64,000 nucleotides of DNA. It comes from Gemmatimonadota bacterium (GTDB taxonomy: Bacteria > Latescibacterota > UBA2968 > UBA8231). The notes below the pieces were generated by a model. That model was given only the letters and a program-made list of their open reading frames with translations. It was not told the origin of the DNA and made no database searches. This document shows positions 59,977 through 64,000 of the stretch, one piece after another. A program made the translations under genes and the position numbers. Position 1 is the stretch's first letter. Each line of letters starts with the position of its first letter. The stretch spans positions 98,460 through 162,459 of the forward strand of contig JAYOYH010000003.1 in NCBI GenBank assembly GCA_038153405.1, written 5' to 3'.

Positions 59977-61020
59977 ATGCAATCGCACCGCGCGGCGATC
60001 GTCGGTCTGACCGGCATTGGCGCAGCGCGCCCGGCCGAGCACCCGCTCGTAGCGGCCCCGCGCTCCCACGCGGCCGCCTACCATCGCCATCCACACACCG
60101 AGCTAGTCGCCGTTTGCGACAAGAATCCCGCTGCCCTTGCGCAGTTTCGCCAGACTTGGCAAGACGTCTGGCCGCAGCTGCGCTATTACGAAGACCATCG
60201 GGAGATGCTCAGTGACGCACGCCCAGAGCTCCTCAGCGTAGTCACCTCCGACCACGCCCATGCCGACATTGTGGTGGACGGAGCGCTCGGCTCGCCGCGC
60301 GCCATACTGTGCGAAAAACCCATCGCCACGACGTTGGCCGATGCCGACCGCATGATCGCCGCCTGCGAAGAGCACGACACCCTGCTTTCGATAGAGCATA
60401 CCCGGCGCTGGAACCCGGCGTTTGTGCGCGCACGCCAATTGATTTGCTCCGGTGAGTTGGGCCCCCTGCGCACCATGGTCGCCGAAATGTTTAGCCCGCG
60501 CGCCATGTTGATGCGCAACGGCATTCACCTCATCGATCTGTTCACCTTCTTTGCCGACGGCCACGTGCAGTGGGTCGTCGGCGAGTTGGAAGAGGGCTTT
60601 GAGGACTACGGTAGCTACCGAGGCGACGGTGGCCGCGACCCGGGAATAGAACCCTTTGCCTCGAGCTATGTGCGCTTTCGCTCGGGGGTGCGAGCCTTTT
60701 TCAACTCCTACAAAACCACCATGCCGGGATGGCAAATGCAGCTTACGTGCGATGGTGGCCGCCTGGAACTTTCCGACCGCAGCGCCCGGCTCATACGCCC
60801 GACATCGCACTACGAATGGAACGAAAGCGAACTGCACGTCGGCGACTATATGCACACCAACCAACTGGGCGCCGTGCACGAATTGGTCGAGATTCTGGCA
60901 GGGCGCGGCGAACTGGCCTGTCCGCCGCGCGAGGCGCGCAAGGCCCTGGAGATCACGCTGGCCATCCTGCAGTCGCACGTGCGCGGAAACGTGCCGATCG
61001 CCCTGCCGCTGCCCAGCTAA
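59977..61020 (+). CDS. Gfo/Idh/MocA oxidoreductase
   Basis: [26 protein letters not shown]. Confidence 0.88.
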   Translation: MQSHRAAIVGLTGIGAARPAEHPLVAAPRSHAAAYHRHPHTELVAVCDKNPAALAQFRQTWQDVWPQLRYYEDHREMLSDARPELLSVVTSDHAHADIVVDGALGSPRAILCEKPIATTLADADRMIAACEEHDTLLSIEHTRRWNPAFVRARQLICSGELGPLRTMVAEMFSPRAMLMRNGIHLIDLFTFFADGHVQWVVGELEEGFEDYGSYRGDGGRDPGIEPFASSYVRFRSGVRAFFNSYKTTMPGWQMQLTCDGGRLELSDRSARLIRPTSHYEWNESELHVGDYMHTNQLGAVHELVEILAGRGELACPPREARKALEITLAILQSHVRGNVPIALPLPS

Positions 61021-61076
61021 GACCCGTACCCCCAGAGCGAGATCACCCACAGGAAAAGGCGAGACACAGACCGTCC

Positions 61077-62210
61077 ATGACACCGATTGAACGCAACCCT
61101 ACCCGCAGTGTGCGCATTGGCCGTACGCACATCGGCTCACAGCACCCCATCGCCGTGCAGAGCATGGCCGCCACGCGCACCCAAGACATGGCCGCGACCC
61201 TGCGCCAAGTCGAACTCATCGGCCAAGCCGGTGCCGACATTATCCGCATTGCCGTCGACAACCGCAAGGACGTCGAGGCCCTAGCTGAAATAGCTCAGCA
61301 CACCGACGTGCCGCTTAGCGTCGATCTGCAGGAAAATTACCGGTTGGTCCAGCACGTAGCGCCCCACGTGCAGAAAGTGCGCTACAATCCGGGCCACCTC
61401 TACCACCACGAAAAGGACAAGAGCATAGCCGACAAGGTCGCCTTTATTGCAGATGAGGCGGCTAAAAATGACTGCGCCCTGCGCGTGGGCGTTAACTGCG
61501 GCTCCGTCGACCCCGACAAGGTAGGCCTTTTTCCGGTCGGCGATTCCATTTCGCCCATGCTCGCCTCAGCCCTAGAGCACTGCCAGATACTCGACGACCT
61601 CGGATTTACCCGCTACTGCGTCTCTCTAAAGGATTCCGACCCGCAAAACGTAATTGACGCCAACAGCCGCTTTGCCGCCGAACGACCCGACGTGCCTCTG
61701 CACCTGGGCGTGACGGAAGCGGGCATGCCACCCGAGGGGATTATCAAGACGCGCATCGCCTTTGAACAGCTTATCACCGCGGGCATTGGCGATACGATCC
61801 GCGTTTCGCTGACGCTGCCCTTTGACGATAAGGGCGAGGAAATACGCGTCGGTCGCCAAATCCTCGATGACATCTATTCTGGGCGCTTCCGCTCCGTGCC
61901 CAAACTGCTCGATACCGGCCTGAATATTATTTCCTGCCCTTCGTGCTCGCGGGTAGAGAACGAGGCCTTTATCGAGTTAGCCCACAAGGTGCGCGAAGTG
62001 ACCGAATACGCCAAGGAGCACGCCATTACCATTGCCGTGATGGGATGTCGGGTCAACGGACCGGGTGAAACAGACGACGCCGACCTCGGCCTGTGGTGCG
62101 CCCCCAACTTCGTCAACCTCAAGCGCGGCCCCGAACCCATCGGCCAATTTGGCTACGACGAGGTGCTGGACAAGTTGCGCCAGGAAGTCGATCGCATCAT
62201 CGCGTCTTAA
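61077..62210 (+). CDS. ispG: 4-hydroxy-3-methylbut-2-enyl diphosphate synthase
   Basis: [59 protein letters not shown]; start at ATG 61077. Confidence 0.95.
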   Translation: MTPIERNPTRSVRIGRTHIGSQHPIAVQSMAATRTQDMAATLRQVELIGQAGADIIRIAVDNRKDVEALAEIAQHTDVPLSVDLQENYRLVQHVAPHVQKVRYNPGHLYHHEKDKSIADKVAFIADEAAKNDCALRVGVNCGSVDPDKVGLFPVGDSISPMLASALEHCQILDDLGFTRYCVSLKDSDPQNVIDANSRFAAERPDVPLHLGVTEAGMPPEGIIKTRIAFEQLITAGIGDTIRVSLTLPFDDKGEEIRVGRQILDDIYSGRFRSVPKLLDTGLNIISCPSCSRVENEAFIELAHKVREVTEYAKEHAITIAVMGCRVNGPGETDDADLGLWCAPNFVNLKRGPEPIGQFGYDEVLDKLRQEVDRIIAS

Positions 62211-62373
62211 CCCCGATGGGCCTCGCTCACTCCATTCTTTTTTGCCACCGCTCCTGCAGACGCACCGCTGTCCCCCGTTTCTCCAGCGCCACAGCGCGGC
62301 CAGACGCGCTTTCCAGCCCTCGGGCAAAAGCCCTATATTAGCCCCTCAGAACCGCTTCCGCGAAAGGAACCCC

Positions 62374-63114
62374 ATGCACAACCCCATTAGAGAAGCGCTG
62401 GCTGCCGGCCGGCCTTCGATTGGCAGCTGGCTCAACCTCGGCTCACCGCTGGCCGCCGAAGTTATGGCCGCCGCCGGCTTTAGCTGGCTGTGCGTCGACG
62501 CCGAGCACACCGCCTACGATATGGAGTCCATCGCCCACACCTTTCGCGCCATTGAGGCCCGCGGTGCCATACCGCTCGTGCGCGCCTGGGACCACGATCC
62601 GACCACCGCCGCCCGCCTGCTCGACGCGGGCGCCTACGGCATTGTATTTCCCCACGTCAGCACCCCACAGCAGGCCGAAGGGCTAGCTCGGGCCATGCGC
62701 TTTCCGCCCCGCGGCATTCGCTCGGCCGGCACCGGGCGCTGCGCCACGCTGGCCCCCGACTACCGCAAGGTCTTCGACGATATCGTTCTCTGCATTCCCC
62801 AAATCGAAGATATGGAAGGCGTCGAAAACGCCGAGGCCATCGCCCGAGTCGACGGCGTCGATATCGGCTTTCTCGGCCCGGGTGATCTGGCCATGTCGAT
62901 GGGCGTCGAACCGGGGCACCCCGATCACGAAGCGGCCCTGCTGCGCTTTTTAGCGGGGTGTCAGCGCGCCGGCACCAGCTGCGGCATTCCCACCAAGGAC
63001 GCGGCCAGCACGCGCCGGCGCCTCGAGCAGGGATTCCGCTTTATCGATATCAATAACGACCTGCGTTTTCTCGAGGCCGCCGCCGCGCAGATTCTCTCAG
63101 AAATAGAATCTTAA
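62374..63114 (+). CDS. HpcH/HpaI aldolase family, copy 1
   Basis: AAAGGA RBS; VDAEH, LVR, FPPRGIRS, QIE, GPGDL. Confidence 0.9.
   Translation: MHNPIREALAAGRPSIGSWLNLGSPLAAEVMAAAGFSWLCVDAEHTAYDMESIAHTFRAIEARGAIPLVRAWDHDPTTAARLLDAGAYGIVFPHVSTPQQAEGLARAMRFPPRGIRSAGTGRCATLAPDYRKVFDDIVLCIPQIEDMEGVENAEAIARVDGVDIGFLGPGDLAMSMGVEPGHPDHEAALLRFLAGCQRAGTSCGIPTKDAASTRRRLEQGFRFIDINNDLRFLEAAAAQILSEIES
62413..62879 (+). repeat. 467-bp direct repeat, copy 1 (inside aldolase 1)
   Basis: Identical by manual comparison to 63185-63651 (offset 772); alternative-frame ORFs are also identical. A second identical 46-bp block lies at 62896-62941. Confidence 0.9.
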
Positions 63115-63145
63115 ATACTGCATCACAATACTTTATAACGATTAT

Positions 63146-63892
63146 ATGAATAATTCCATACGGCAAATATTGGCTGCCGGCCGACCTTCGATTGGCAGCT
63201 GGCTCAACCTCGGCTCACCGCTGGCCGCCGAAGTTATGGCCGCCGCCGGCTTTAGCTGGCTGTGCGTCGACGCCGAGCACACCGCCTACGATATGGAGTC
63301 CATCGCCCACACCTTTCGCGCCATTGAGGCCCGCGGTGCCATACCGCTCGTGCGCGCCTGGGACCACGATCCGACCACCGCCGCCCGCCTGCTCGACGCG
63401 GGCGCCTACGGCATTGTATTTCCCCACGTCAGCACCCCACAGCAGGCCGAAGGGCTAGCTCGGGCCATGCGCTTTCCGCCCCGCGGCATTCGCTCGGCCG
63501 GCACCGGGCGCTGCGCCACGCTGGCCCCCGACTACCGCAAGGTCTTCGACGATATCGTTCTCTGCATTCCCCAAATCGAAGATATGGAAGGCGTCGAAAA
63601 CGCCGAGGCCATCGCCCGAGTCGACGGCGTCGATATCGGCTTTCTCGGCCCCAACGATCTGTCTCTATCGATGGGCGTCGAACCGGGGCACCCCGATCAC
63701 GAAGCGGCCCTGCAAGCCGTTTTGCAGGCCTTTACCCGCGCCCAAAAGCCCTGCGGACTGTCCGTGCGCGGCGCGGCCAACGTGCGCCAACGCCTGCAGC
63801 AGGGTTTTCGCTTTGTCGATGCGGCCAGCGATCTGCGCAGCCTAGAGGGATGGGCCATCGCCCAATTGCGCGCAGTCAACTCGCATGCGTAG
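63146..63892 (+). CDS. HpcH/HpaI aldolase family, copy 2
   Basis: Same core as copy 1, GPNDL loop, divergent N- and C-termini. Confidence 0.9.
   Translation: MNNSIRQILAAGRPSIGSWLNLGSPLAAEVMAAAGFSWLCVDAEHTAYDMESIAHTFRAIEARGAIPLVRAWDHDPTTAARLLDAGAYGIVFPHVSTPQQAEGLARAMRFPPRGIRSAGTGRCATLAPDYRKVFDDIVLCIPQIEDMEGVENAEAIARVDGVDIGFLGPNDLSLSMGVEPGHPDHEAALQAVLQAFTRAQKPCGLSVRGAANVRQRLQQGFRFVDAASDLRSLEGWAIAQLRAVNSHA
63185..63651 (+). repeat. 467-bp direct repeat, copy 2 (inside aldolase 2)
   Basis: Matches 62413-62879; second block at 63668-63713. Confidence 0.9.
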
Positions 63893-63904
63893 TTCCCAGC
63901 CGCG

Positions 63905-64000
63905 ATGAACATACTCAATTTCGGCTCGCTCAACATCGATCTGGTCTACCAGGTCCCGCACATCGCGCGGCCAGGGGAAACCATTTCGAGCACGCAGCAC
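63905..64000 (+). CDS. Ribokinase/PfkB family (partial, 5' end)
   Basis: MNILNFGSLNIDLVYQVPHIARPGETISS, a typical ribokinase N-terminus. Confidence 0.8.
   Translation, partial: MNILNFGSLNIDLVYQVPHIARPGETISSTQH

Noticed and set aside
60729..61076. N-terminal extensions of track ORFs (ispG, aldolase 1, YfhO, DUF2723, SDR)
   Set aside because: They overlap neighbouring genes or lack family-like sequence; downstream starts have an RBS or coupled overlaps.
62413..63651. Diversity-generating retroelement template/variable repeat pair or IS-derived repeat
   Set aside because: No reverse transcriptase or transposase; differences are not adenine-specific and both copies are intact genes.

Overview
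A GC-rich bacterial chromosomal window with no rRNA, tRNA, CRISPR array or mobile element that I can support. Gene content (many FlgD-Ig C-terminal proteins, CRTAC1/ASPIC-UnbV proteins, a DUF6785-like transporter, a C-terminal 'TAVExxSWGxxK' tail) suggests an FCB-group organism such as Ca. Latescibacterota; this is inference only. (1) 1-24.8 kb, minus strand: a co-oriented cell-envelope locus encoding a CBM9-like protein with an unusual C-terminal tail, a lipoprotein, five paralogous discoidin-like/FlgD proteins ending FTPNGDGxND...WDG...V(A/V)Y, a putative beta-barrel protein, two TPR lipoproteins, two CRTAC1-like proteins, a double-PpiC foldase and a His-motif membrane protein. It sits divergent from a DUF6785-like transporter and is the best candidate for an undescribed export or surface-assembly system. 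(2) 27-32 kb: a three-gene split AddAB/AdnAB-like module (inactive helicase, UvrD helicase, Fe-S PD-(D/E)XK nuclease), then PTS EIIA. (3) 33-41 kb: a glycosylation cluster (DUF2723/TMEM260-like, YfhO, SGNH; epimerase, HddC-like, HddA-like). (4) 41-64 kb: mixed metabolism; groES-groEL (His-tailed GroEL behind a palindromic sigma54-like promoter); orphan FliN; SelA-like PLP enzyme; S8 protease; fused indolepyruvate oxidoreductase; ispG; two tandem HpcH aldolases sharing 467 identical bp but differing at the active-site loop; and the start of a ribokinase. Several starts were moved from the ORF track using RBS and overlap evidence. Family names are from motif recognition, not database searches.
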